A stretch of 59,750 nt of DNA from the NCBI GenBank assembly GCA_964566535.1, contig CAZMIO010000001.1, positions 124,001 to 183,750 on the forward strand. Reading direction: 5' to 3'. Made by a program: the position numbers and the translations under genes. This DNA comes from an uncultured Methanosarcinales archaeon (GTDB lineage: Archaea > Nanobdellota > Nanobdellia > Woesearchaeales > CAZOXR01). This document shows, in pieces, positions 28,095-37,323 of the stretch. Positions within the stretch are counted from its first letter, which is position 1. The number at the start of each line of letters is the position of its first letter. Under the pieces are notes generated by a model, which had not been told where the DNA came from, did no database searches, and saw only the letters and a program-made list of their open reading frames with translations.

Positions 28095-29204
28095 TTAACT
28101 ATGTTCTCTTAGAATCTCAAGTAGTCTTTCTGTATTAAATGATTTTCCCCCAGAAGTAACTAGTCCCCTTATCCTTGCATTAGTAGGGATATTGCCGTCT
28201 GTATATGCATTAAGTAACATGATCATAATCTCATTTCCTAATTGATTAAAACCAGGTCTTAACTCACCGTTGTTTATTGACCATAATAAGTCTGTCATTG
28301 ACATATATGGTACGCCAACGTCAACGGCTTTGTTGTAATCGCTTTCAAAACCATTCCCTGGAAGTCGTCTTGATGTGGACCAATCTACCATGTAAGTTCG
28401 TCCATCTACAGGATATAGATTACTTAAATGTGCTTGAAGGTGTGCATAGCCAACTTCTTCATGTAAGTGTCTCAGCGAGTGCATTAATCTAGTGATTCCT
28501 GGATCAATCCAAACGTCATTACCTACTGATAAACCAGTAGTTAGGTGTACCTCCATGTCTCTTCCAAGTCTAGCTTGCTCTGAATGAGGGACAGGAATTA
28601 CTACAAAACCAAAGTGGCCATCTTCATCTGCTAAATCATCATCAATAAATCTTCCGTATGCTTCAATATGTGGAACGACTGGGTCAATTGGATTTCTTGC
28701 ATTAATTGCTTGAGTTTTTTTAACCTTATTTTTTACTCTTGCGGTTGTGTAAGTTCCAAGTGGACTATAGCTTGGAACATCATTAACAATTCTCCTGCCA
28801 ACAGCATAGGTTGTGCACATAACACCGTTATCCCTAATTGAATCCATAAAATTCCCAGAACTTGGAGGTTGCATTCCCTCACTTGTAAAACGTCCAACAC
28901 TTCTTGAGCCAACTTCTCCAGTTCTGTAACCTATTCCACTTACTAATACTCCCCCCAAACTAAGTCCATGTTTTTCAATGGGTTCTTCTCTATCAAACAC
29001 AACTCCCCTTCCACCTTCTGGTCTGTCTGAAAGTTCTCCCGGATCTTGATCCCACGTAGCAATTGCACAGATTCGTTCAATATCACTTGGTCTAAGAGTT
29101 GAAGTTCCTGGTAATTCTAGTTGAACTTTATACCTAGCTTCTGCTACTCTAATGTCTACATTTGGAAAAAGTGGTTCTAGTGCTGTTTCTGGAATATAAC
29201 GCAT
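28095..29204 (-). CDS. Hypothetical protein with protein-kinase-like C-lobe motifs
   Basis: LRHLH..GYAHLQAHLSNLY....TYMVDWS resembles HxDxxxxN/DFG. Confidence 0.5.
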   Translation of the reverse strand: MRYIPETALEPLFPNVDIRVAEARYKVQLELPGTSTLRPSDIERICAIATWDQDPGELSDRPEGGRGVVFDREEPIEKHGLSLGGVLVSGIGYRTGEVGSRSVGRFTSEGMQPPSSGNFMDSIRDNGVMCTTYAVGRRIVNDVPSYSPLGTYTTARVKNKVKKTQAINARNPIDPVVPHIEAYGRFIDDDLADEDGHFGFVVIPVPHSEQARLGRDMEVHLTTGLSVGNDVWIDPGITRLMHSLRHLHEEVGYAHLQAHLSNLYPVDGRTYMVDWSTSRRLPGNGFESDYNKAVDVGVPYMSMTDLLWSINNGELRPGFNQLGNEIMIMLLNAYTDGNIPTNARIRGLVTSGGKSFNTERLLEILREHS

Positions 29205-29280
29205 AGTCTTTGAGTGATTAGATGTTTTTTTAAATATTTTTTTGAAAAGATTCTTAAATTGAGATTGATTCTACGTTTAT

Positions 29281-29850
29281 ATGGCAAGATTATATAACTT
29301 GGGTTTTAACCATCATAGTACTGCATATTATCCAGCACGTGAAGCTCTTGAGGATATCCAACCAGGTGTTGTGACATTAGAATTATCTTTATTTACTAAA
29401 CAAATCAAAGACCATATTGGCGGGCTTTTTGAATGGGAAGTTGAGGTATTTGATGACATTGAGCATCATTTAGCAGATATGAATAGGAATTCTGGAGAAG
29501 TTACTGCTGCAATAGTTTATGCAAGAAGAAATAATCTTCCAGTTTACTGTATTGATGAAACTGATATCCCAGTGGAAGAGGTTATAAGATATAATTTAAC
29601 TGCAATAGAAGATTCAAGGCAACTTTCAAATGATGAAATGGATGAAGAATATTTTGATAGGGGGACTATGAGATCTAGAAATGCTTATATGGCTTTAGCA
29701 TTAGACTTCCTTGTGGGACTGTACCCTGATGAAGATTTTGCTCATATTGGTGGGAGATATCATGTAATGCTGGATAATCCAGATCGTGCACGACCCATTC
29801 AACAGCTTGTGAGGAAATTTGATGATGCTGAAGGTAGGATGATAACTTAA
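29281..29850 (+). CDS. Hypothetical protein, TraB/TIKI/ChaN-like superfamily
   Basis: LGFNH, VTLE, RNAYMA and HIGGRYH in the order expected for this fold. Confidence 0.55.
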   Translation: MARLYNLGFNHHSTAYYPAREALEDIQPGVVTLELSLFTKQIKDHIGGLFEWEVEVFDDIEHHLADMNRNSGEVTAAIVYARRNNLPVYCIDETDIPVEEVIRYNLTAIEDSRQLSNDEMDEEYFDRGTMRSRNAYMALALDFLVGLYPDEDFAHIGGRYHVMLDNPDRARPIQQLVRKFDDAEGRMIT

Positions 29851-29900
29851 TTCTTTCCAATGGTTAAGTTTTTAAATAATTGAAGTTTATTTATCTTAAA

Positions 29901-30320
29901 ATGGAATACAAACAGTTTGGGAATAAGTATGTTATTAGGCTTGATAAAGGAGAAGAGATAGTTTCTGTTCTTCAGAAGTTTTGTTCTGATAATTCAATAA
30001 AGTTAGGTTCGGTTTCTGGTATTGGAGCGGTAAATAAGGTAGTTATTGGTTTTTTTGATCATGAAAAGAAGGAATACTTTCAGGAAGAGCTTAATCAGAA
30101 GTTTGAGATTTTGAGTGTTAATGGGAATGTTTCAACGATGAAAGGAGGGGCGTATATTCATCTGCATATTACTTTGTCTGATTCTGAATCTAAAGCGCTT
30201 GGTGGGCATTTGAATTCTGCTGTTGTTAGTTCTACATGTGAAATCATTGTAGAAAAGATTGATGGGTCTGTTGATAGGGAATTGAGTGAAGAGATTGGGT
30301 TGAATCTGATTAAGTTTTGA
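29901..30320 (+). CDS. DUF296/PPC-domain protein
   Basis: RLDKGEEI, SGIGAV, EILSVNGN, HLHITL, GGHL. Confidence 0.92.
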   Translation: MEYKQFGNKYVIRLDKGEEIVSVLQKFCSDNSIKLGSVSGIGAVNKVVIGFFDHEKKEYFQEELNQKFEILSVNGNVSTMKGGAYIHLHITLSDSESKALGGHLNSAVVSSTCEIIVEKIDGSVDRELSEEIGLNLIKF

Positions 30321-30364
30321 GTTTTTTCAGTAAGTTTAAATAGATATTTTGTTTTCTTAGTTAT

Positions 30365-30865
30365 ATGGCAATTGATACAGTTGTAGAAGATAGGGGTGTA
30401 TTTGGAGGGGTTGAAGATAGGATATTTGAAGGTGGTGGGAGAGAGTATACTTTGAGTTTATTGTATAGGGATAGTGGAGATAGTAGGTATGGTGGTAGTT
30501 ATGCTGTTGTTGCTCATACAGATATTGTTGAAGTAGATGGTGTTGAAGTAGGTGTTAGGTCTGTTGAAGTTGGTAATGTTCTAGGCAGATATTTTCCTGA
30601 GTATCCTTCTCCTAGAACTCCATCTACTGAGATTCATAGGATAGATGTTGATGAAGAACATAGGAGACTAGGTCTTGCAACTGCAATGTTAGATATGTTT
30701 TATGATACTCTTCCTGATGGAACAAAGATTACAATGAGGTCTAAAGCTAAGGATACAGTTAGGAGATTAAAGCATATGCTTGAGACTGTTGGATTTGATA
30801 TGGTTTATTCATGGAAGGGGTTAGAAGAGAGAAAAATATATTTTATTACTGCACTTAGAGGATGA
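30365..30865 (+). CDS. GNAT-family acetyltransferase-like protein
   Basis: IHRIDVDEEHRRLGLATAML (motif A) and LETVGF. Confidence 0.75.
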   Translation: MAIDTVVEDRGVFGGVEDRIFEGGGREYTLSLLYRDSGDSRYGGSYAVVAHTDIVEVDGVEVGVRSVEVGNVLGRYFPEYPSPRTPSTEIHRIDVDEEHRRLGLATAMLDMFYDTLPDGTKITMRSKAKDTVRRLKHMLETVGFDMVYSWKGLEERKIYFITALRG

Positions 30866-30955
30866 TTATTCTTTTATTGAAATCTTGAGGTTCTAATGGA
30901 AATATTTATTAAAAGGTTGGTTGTTCTCTCTTCTTATTATAAGGAGGTAATTGAA

Positions 30956-31501
30956 ATGAATAAAACTGAAGAGAATTTAAAAGCTGCTTTTGCTGGTGAA
31001 AGTCAGGCTAGGAATAAATATGATTTCTTTGCTAAGGTTGCTAGGAAGGAGAATTTGCATTATGTTGCTAAATTGTTTGAGGAGACTGCTTTGAATGAGA
31101 TGCAGCATGCTAAGGATGAGTTTAAGCTGTTGAATGGAATTGGGGATACAAAGGCTAATCTTTTGGCTGCGATTGAAGGGGAGGATTATGAGACTGTTAA
31201 GATGTATCCTGAGTTTGCTAAGGTTGCTATGGAGGAAGGTAATATTGAGGCTGCTAACAAATTTAAGATGATTGGCAAGGTTGAGCTGGAGCATAGGGAG
31301 AGATATAAGAAATTACTTGAGATGGTTGAGAATGGAACTGTCTTTAAACGGGAGAAGCCAATAAGATGGAAATGTTCTAAGTGTGGTTATGTTCATGAAG
31401 GTCTGGAGCCTTTGGATAAATGTCCATCTTGTGAACATGAGAAGGAATACTTTGAGCCTGAGTGTATGTGCTTTAAAGAAGGTTGTGAGACTTGTAATTA
31501 G
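30956..31501 (+). CDS. rbr: Rubrerythrin
   Basis: AFAGESQARNKY, NEMQHA, EGEDYE..MYPEFA, VELEH, rubredoxin-like CSKCG..CPSC; AGGAGGT RBS. Confidence 0.95.
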   Translation: MNKTEENLKAAFAGESQARNKYDFFAKVARKENLHYVAKLFEETALNEMQHAKDEFKLLNGIGDTKANLLAAIEGEDYETVKMYPEFAKVAMEEGNIEAANKFKMIGKVELEHRERYKKLLEMVENGTVFKREKPIRWKCSKCGYVHEGLEPLDKCPSCEHEKEYFEPECMCFKEGCETCN

Positions 31502-31567
31502 AGTTTTTATTTCTTTTTTTCCATTCTAAGAAACATTTATATAATAAGTTAGTTTATTCAAATTACT

Positions 31568-33223
31568 ATGTCAGATGAATCTATGCATTGGGCGGATCAG
31601 ATTGCTAGAGAGATTAAAGATAGGGTTAGCAAGGAAGACGTTCTTAAGGAGATTGTAAAGGAGAAAGGTTATCTTATTTATGATGAGAAGACTCCATCTG
31701 GTTCGATACATATCGGCTCTGGGAGAGGGTGGATAATTCACGATGCGATTGCAAAGGCCATGAGAGATTTGGGTCTTAAGGCTAAGTTTGTATTAAGCTC
31801 TGATGATATTGATCCTTATGATAAGCCGAATAAGGAATTGCCTAGTACGTTTGATAAGTATTTAGGGATGCCGTTTAGGGATATTCCTTCTCCGGAGAAA
31901 GGGTACAAAAGTTTTGCTGACTATTATTTTACATTAGTTACTGATAAGTTTGAGGAGTTTGGAATTGAATGTGAACTGGAAAGTACTGGTGAACGGTATG
32001 AGAAAGGAGATTTTAATGCTGCTATTAAGAAAATATTAGATAATACTTCTAAAGTGAATGATATTTTTGAGAGGTTTTATGGAAATCGGCCCCAGAAACT
32101 TCCATTTAATCCTATTTGTGAGAAATGTGGGAAGATTGGAACTACAATTGCAACTGAATGGGATGCTGAAACTGAGAAAGTGAAATATAAGTGCTCTCCT
32201 GATGCAGTTAAGTGGGCTAAGGGATGTGGGCATGAAGGTGAGATCTCGCCTTATGATGGTAAAGGTAAGTTGCCATGGAAGGTTGAATGGGCTGCTAAGT
32301 GGCCGACAGTTGGTGTTGTATGTGAACTGGCTGGAAAGGATCATTTTACTCATGGTGGGTCTCGAAGTATTTCAATTGCTGTTTCAGATGAAGTGTTAGA
32401 TTTTCCACCGCCTTATCCTTCAACTAGGAAGGCTATTGGTAAGGGTTATGAGTTTTTTACTGTGGGTGGGAAGAAGATGTCCACTTCAAAAGGTACTGGT
32501 ATGAGTTTTGTTGAGAGTACTATGTATGCTCCTGCTAAGATTTTTAGATATTTACTTATTGCTACTAGGCCTCATGCTGTTTTGGACTTTAATCCTACAG
32601 GTAGGAATGATTTGATACTTCTTTATGATAGATTTGATAAGACTGAAAGAATTTATTTTAAGAAAGATGATGCTGAGAAAACTGATTATGAGCAGCACAA
32701 GAGAATTTATGAGCTGAGTCATATTGGGGAAATTCCTTCAAAGATACCTATACAGATTCCGTTTTCATTTTGTTCTGTTTTGGTTCAGGTTACTCAAAAT
32801 CAGGAGAAAGCAATTGAGGTGTTGAGCAAATTAGGTCATTTGCCTTCGAAGGTTAGTGATTCTGAATTAGAGTATGTTCAAGGTAGGTTGGATTTTGCTT
32901 CTACATGGGTAAAGGAGTTTGCGCCTGATGAGTTTAAGTTTGATGTTCAGTCTGAGATTAGTGATGGAGTTAGAACTGAGTTAAGTTCTGGTCAGATTAG
33001 TGGGTTGAAAGCGCTTGTTAAGGTTTTAGAGACTAAAGAGTATACTGATAATGAACTTTATGAAGAGTTTTATGGTATTTGTAAAGAAGCTGAAATAAAT
33101 CCTAAGGAGTTTTTTCAAGGTGCTTATAGGGTTTTGTTGAATAGAGATAGGGGACCAAAGTTGGCGGGATTTATTCTAACTATTGGTAAGGAGAAGGTTG
33201 TTGAGTTGTTGAAACAGCTGTAA
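31568..33223 (+). CDS. lysS: Lysine--tRNA ligase, class I
   Basis: HWAD, TPSGSIHIGS, KLPWKVEWAAKW, GKDH, KMSTSKG, RGPKL. Confidence 0.97.
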   Translation: MSDESMHWADQIAREIKDRVSKEDVLKEIVKEKGYLIYDEKTPSGSIHIGSGRGWIIHDAIAKAMRDLGLKAKFVLSSDDIDPYDKPNKELPSTFDKYLGMPFRDIPSPEKGYKSFADYYFTLVTDKFEEFGIECELESTGERYEKGDFNAAIKKILDNTSKVNDIFERFYGNRPQKLPFNPICEKCGKIGTTIATEWDAETEKVKYKCSPDAVKWAKGCGHEGEISPYDGKGKLPWKVEWAAKWPTVGVVCELAGKDHFTHGGSRSISIAVSDEVLDFPPPYPSTRKAIGKGYEFFTVGGKKMSTSKGTGMSFVESTMYAPAKIFRYLLIATRPHAVLDFNPTGRNDLILLYDRFDKTERIYFKKDDAEKTDYEQHKRIYELSHIGEIPSKIPIQIPFSFCSVLVQVTQNQEKAIEVLSKLGHLPSKVSDSELEYVQGRLDFASTWVKEFAPDEFKFDVQSEISDGVRTELSSGQISGLKALVKVLETKEYTDNELYEEFYGICKEAEINPKEFFQGAYRVLLNRDRGPKLAGFILTIGKEKVVELLKQL

Positions 33224-33304
33224 ACCTTTGAAATATAACAAAATTTAAAAATAACCAGGTTAAAGCTATAGAAAATAACATAATTATTACGGAGGCGGTA
33301 AAAA

Positions 33305-34249
33305 ATGGTAAGTCCAATACAGTATATAAGAAATAGTTATCAAGATCATAAATTACATTTATTTACTGCTGGGGTAACAGTCGCGTTAGCAGCTGCAACG
33401 ATTACTTCTGGAGTTGTTGGGCGTAACAAGGGTAATGAATTAGAGGCAATATTAGGTGGTTATAGGGCAACTCGTGGTGAATATTCAACATTATCAGAAC
33501 CATTTAGAATGGGTATTCTTACTAGGGACGGAATTAGATCAACTGCAAGAACTCTTGATGAGATGGGTGATACTAATCATATAACTGGGCACTTATATCC
33601 AGTTTATGCGGCATTAAGCTCAGGTAATAACCCTGATCAACTTAGAGATTTGATTATGGAGCATCTATCTCCTGAATTTGAAGCAAAGTATGGTGGTGCA
33701 CTAGATTCTTTATCAACTACAGAATTTGGGATACTTGCTAAAAGTGTTGTTGATAATGTAAAACCTGAAGAAAGAGGGAGTCATGATGGATCAGTTACTC
33801 CTGCGTACATTAATAGGATTAGGGAAGCATTGGGGTGTGTATATCCAACAAATACCCCCAGTGATAGTGCCCCTTGGTTAGATAGGTTTACAGATGTTAA
33901 TCCAAAGGGATTGACTCAAACTGAAGTTAGGGAACTTGCAAAAGGTGCGGTAAATGGAGTTGGTATTGAGCAAGATGTGACTGCAGGCATACAGGCTGCG
34001 TTAAAAGCTATTGCATCAACTAAATCTGATGAGGGGGAACCTGGTGATTATCATGGTCAGATAAATGCTGCATATCAACCATTTGAGGATGAAACAGATG
34101 CTGCATTAGCAGCCCATACTACTATTGAAGAAAGTCAAGCAACAGCAAATAATATTGCTATAGGTACTTTGATTGCAGCAGCTGTGTCTGGAATTGGCTC
34201 ACTTGTTTCAATACCTCATAAAAAAAGGAAAAGATTAGGCCAAAGGTAG
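33305..34249 (+). CDS. Hypothetical membrane protein with N- and C-terminal TM helices
   Basis: Hydrophobic segments at both ends, basic tail HKKRKR; GGAGG RBS. Confidence 0.7.
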   Translation: MVSPIQYIRNSYQDHKLHLFTAGVTVALAAATITSGVVGRNKGNELEAILGGYRATRGEYSTLSEPFRMGILTRDGIRSTARTLDEMGDTNHITGHLYPVYAALSSGNNPDQLRDLIMEHLSPEFEAKYGGALDSLSTTEFGILAKSVVDNVKPEERGSHDGSVTPAYINRIREALGCVYPTNTPSDSAPWLDRFTDVNPKGLTQTEVRELAKGAVNGVGIEQDVTAGIQAALKAIASTKSDEGEPGDYHGQINAAYQPFEDETDAALAAHTTIEESQATANNIAIGTLIAAAVSGIGSLVSIPHKKRKRLGQR

Positions 34250-34313
34250 TTTCTTTTTTTGTTAATATAATAACAGTAAGCTTATAAACAGATATTTATG
34301 ACTTAATTCTACT

Positions 34314-35636
34314 ATGATAGTGATGAAATTTGGGGGTACTTCTGTTGGAAGTGCTGAGAGGATAAGGAATGTGGCAGATATTGTAGTTTCACGGTTAGAT
34401 AAAGGGCCAGCAGTTGTTGTTAGTGCTGTTGGTGGGATAACTGACAAGTTAATTGAAAGTTCTAATGTTGCTGTTAATGGTGAGAGTCCGGATGAACATT
34501 TGACTTTTATTGAGAATAAGCATCATGAGATACTTAGGGAGTTAGGATTAGATGAAAGTTTGGTTGATGATTTACTTAGTGAGTTTAGGGAAGTGATAAT
34601 GGGGATAAAGGAGAAAAAAGAAGCTGACGTTAAAACAATGGATATTGTGCAGAGTTTTGGTGAGAGGATGTCATCTAGAATTGTTGCTGGTCATTTAACT
34701 AAGATTGGTCATAAGGCTTTCGCTTGCTTTGCCTGGGATTATGGAATGATAACTGATGATAATTTTGAGGGTGCAGAGCCTCTTAAGAGTAGCTTTAAGG
34801 TTATGAAAGAGAAAGTTTCTGGAGTTGATGGAATTCCAATCATAACTGGATTTATTGGTAAGAATGAAGATGGGGAGATTACGACACTTGGTAGAGGCGG
34901 TTCTGATTATACTGCTGCTTTGTATGGTGCTGCTCTAGGTGCTGAAGAGATTCAGATATGGACTGATGTTGATGGAGTAATGACAGCTGATCCTAGGGTT
35001 GTTTCTGATGCTCAGACTATACTTCAAGTTAGTTTTGCAGAAGCTTCTGAATTAGCTTATCTTGGAGCTAAGGTATTGCATCCAAAAACAATTATTCCTG
35101 CAATGAATAAGAATATCCCAGTAAGAGTATTGAATACGTATAATGTGGATGGTGAAGGTACCGTTATTTTGAAAGAAGCTGGGAAGTCGGATAAGACGGT
35201 TAAGGCCATTACTGCTAAGAAGAATGTTATTGTATTGAATATTACCTCTTCAAGGATGTTGGATGCTCACGGTTTTTTAGCAAAGATATTTACAATCTTT
35301 GCTAAGAACAATAAAAGTGTGGATATGATCTCAACTTCAGAGGTTAGTGTTTCATTAACTATTGATAATGATAAAGATCTAGATAAGATTGAAAAGCAGC
35401 TTGGTAAGATTGCTTATGTAAGGGTTGAGAAGGAGAAGGCAATCATTAGTCTGATTGGAGAAGGTATGAAATGTACTTATGGACTGGCTGGAAAGATATT
35501 TACTGCTTTAGGTAATCATAAGATTAATATTGATATGATATCACAGGGAGCTTCTGAGATAAATGTTGGGTTTGTTGTGGATAGTGCTGCTGCTGATAAA
35601 GTTGTTAAGTTGTTGCATGAAGAAGTGTTTGGTTAA
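34314..35636 (+). CDS. lysC: Aspartate kinase
   Basis: MKFGGTSV, VVSA, TLGRGGSDYTA, WTDVDG, GAKVLHP, two ACT domains. Confidence 0.96.
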   Translation: MIVMKFGGTSVGSAERIRNVADIVVSRLDKGPAVVVSAVGGITDKLIESSNVAVNGESPDEHLTFIENKHHEILRELGLDESLVDDLLSEFREVIMGIKEKKEADVKTMDIVQSFGERMSSRIVAGHLTKIGHKAFACFAWDYGMITDDNFEGAEPLKSSFKVMKEKVSGVDGIPIITGFIGKNEDGEITTLGRGGSDYTAALYGAALGAEEIQIWTDVDGVMTADPRVVSDAQTILQVSFAEASELAYLGAKVLHPKTIIPAMNKNIPVRVLNTYNVDGEGTVILKEAGKSDKTVKAITAKKNVIVLNITSSRMLDAHGFLAKIFTIFAKNNKSVDMISTSEVSVSLTIDNDKDLDKIEKQLGKIAYVRVEKEKAIISLIGEGMKCTYGLAGKIFTALGNHKINIDMISQGASEINVGFVVDSAAADKVVKLLHEEVFG

Positions 35637-35638
35637 GA

Positions 35639-36718
35639 TTAAGTATAGTGTTTTATATTACGATTTCGAAGTTCACCAGTACTTCTATTGACATCATTTA
35701 ATACTTCCATAGCCTGAAGAAATGCAGGATCATATACATCGACTGTAAAACCATGTATCTTGCCATAATATGTAGGTTCCATGCCAAATGGAGTATTGGG
35801 CCCTGTTACAGTATCAGAATAGAATGTAATTGTACCGATTTTTCTTCTTTGCCCAATCCAAGGTAATCTTAATGTTGTGCCTGCTTCTTGATAAAAATCT
35901 ATTCTCCCTCTATAGTATGAGCTTTCATCAACGAAATTTCGTCTACTTAAATTTTGCACAAACCAATATCCTCTTCCTTCTGGAATTAGGGTTGCTTTTG
36001 TAGATATGCCACTAGAAGGATGGCGTCTTGCGATATCTTCCCATACCCTATACCTGAATAGATTAGCTACTTCTTCATCACTGTAAATAGGTTTTTTATC
36101 GCTACTTTTAACTGAAAGATTATTCCTTAAATCCTCTGTTAAGGCGGAAATTAATTCTTCTAATTCCTTATCCTTAGAAGATGTTTCAACTACTGCATGA
36201 GATCCACGATGTTCAAAATCATAGCTTACTAACAGTTCTCTATGTCTTACTGTTGTTGTTCCAGTTTCAAAACTCTTGTTCTCATATACTTTTACCCCTT
36301 CATAATCTGCCTCTACCACAAAGTCTCTCTTTGCTATATCTAATGGGATAGATGGGTTTGTTAATATACTGGTTATTCTTTCGTGAAAAATTCTTGTTAG
36401 ACTATCAAGGTCTTGAAGGACCTCATATTGTCCCATAAGTTCAGCTGTTCTTTCATGTGTGACCCAATGGGCATTAAAGGCTCTTTCAACATATCCTGGT
36501 TCAATGCCCTGTTCTCCAGCTTTTCTGATTGCTAGTGCCTTTAGATCGGTAATAGCATCAGGTTTAACTGTCTCTCCATCTGGAATTAAGACTGCTAATT
36601 CTCCTTGAACAGCACTTTGGAGTGCTCTTCTAGCTTCTAACCTATGTCTTTCTCTTTCTGCTGTAGCATCATCCTGTTTATGGAGAGCGGCATCTAAAAC
36701 TACTCGTACTAAATCCAT
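35639..36718 (-). CDS. Hypothetical protein
   Basis: 359-aa ORF with its own TATA box; no recognised motif. Confidence 0.7.
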   Translation of the reverse strand: MDLVRVVLDAALHKQDDATAERERHRLEARRALQSAVQGELAVLIPDGETVKPDAITDLKALAIRKAGEQGIEPGYVERAFNAHWVTHERTAELMGQYEVLQDLDSLTRIFHERITSILTNPSIPLDIAKRDFVVEADYEGVKVYENKSFETGTTTVRHRELLVSYDFEHRGSHAVVETSSKDKELEELISALTEDLRNNLSVKSSDKKPIYSDEEVANLFRYRVWEDIARRHPSSGISTKATLIPEGRGYWFVQNLSRRNFVDESSYYRGRIDFYQEAGTTLRLPWIGQRRKIGTITFYSDTVTGPNTPFGMEPTYYGKIHGFTVDVYDPAFLQAMEVLNDVNRSTGELRNRNIKHYT

Positions 36719-36861
36719 GGGAAAATGGGGTTTTTTATAGTATATAAAGTTTACTATTATTGAGTGGTAATAAATGAAGGGTTTTGTTCTAGGTGTAATT
36801 CTGATGTAGAGTTCTAAAACAAGTATATAATCTGTATTCTTAAAGACAACAGTATTTATAT

Positions 36862-36891
36862 ATTAGTAATGGTTGTTAATTAGTAATGGTT
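36862..36891 (+). promoter_or_regulatory. Candidate operator: 13-bp direct repeat over the start of the perR/fur gene
   Basis: ATTAGTAATGGTT at 36862..36874 and 36879..36891, just downstream of TTTATATA (36855..36862). Confidence 0.5.
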
Positions 36892-37269
36892 CCTAAGATT
36901 AAGAATACTACGCAAAGGATTAAGATTGTTGAGTTCTTAAAATCGGTGAAGACTCATCCGACTGCAGAAGACGTTTATGGGAATGTGAAGAAGGAATTAC
37001 CTGGGATTAGTCTTGGAACTGTTTATAGGAATCTTAATCTTTTAGCTGACTTAGAGATGATTCAAAAGCTGGAGATTAATAATGAATTTCACTTTGATGG
37101 AGACGTTCAAGTTCATCAGCATGGTGTTTGTGATTCATGCAATAAAATATTTGATATCTTTCAGAAGAATATTTCAGATTTTGCGCTGAGTAAGGTTAAA
37201 ACAAATGAGTTTATTCCAAAGGGAGTAACTGTTATTTTTAATGGTCTATGCAGGAATTGTTCTGGGTAA
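36886..37269 (+). CDS. Fur-family regulator, PerR-like
   Basis: HPTAEDVY, SLGTVYRNL, FDG...HQH.VCDSC.KIFD, CRNC. Confidence 0.92.
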   Translation: MVPKIKNTTQRIKIVEFLKSVKTHPTAEDVYGNVKKELPGISLGTVYRNLNLLADLEMIQKLEINNEFHFDGDVQVHQHGVCDSCNKIFDIFQKNISDFALSKVKTNEFIPKGVTVIFNGLCRNCSG

Positions 37270-37323
37270 TATCTTTAATCTTAATTGGTTTGTTTCTTTG
37301 GAATTAAAATAAAGTAAACTGGG

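Noticed and set aside
34215..34249. KKRKR tail as a nuclear localisation signal
   Set aside because: More simply a positive-inside stop-transfer sequence after a TM helix
36745..36825. Weak inverted repeats upstream of the perR-like gene (TTACTAT/GTGGTAA, GTTTT/AAAAC)
   Set aside because: Short and AT-rich; expected by chance
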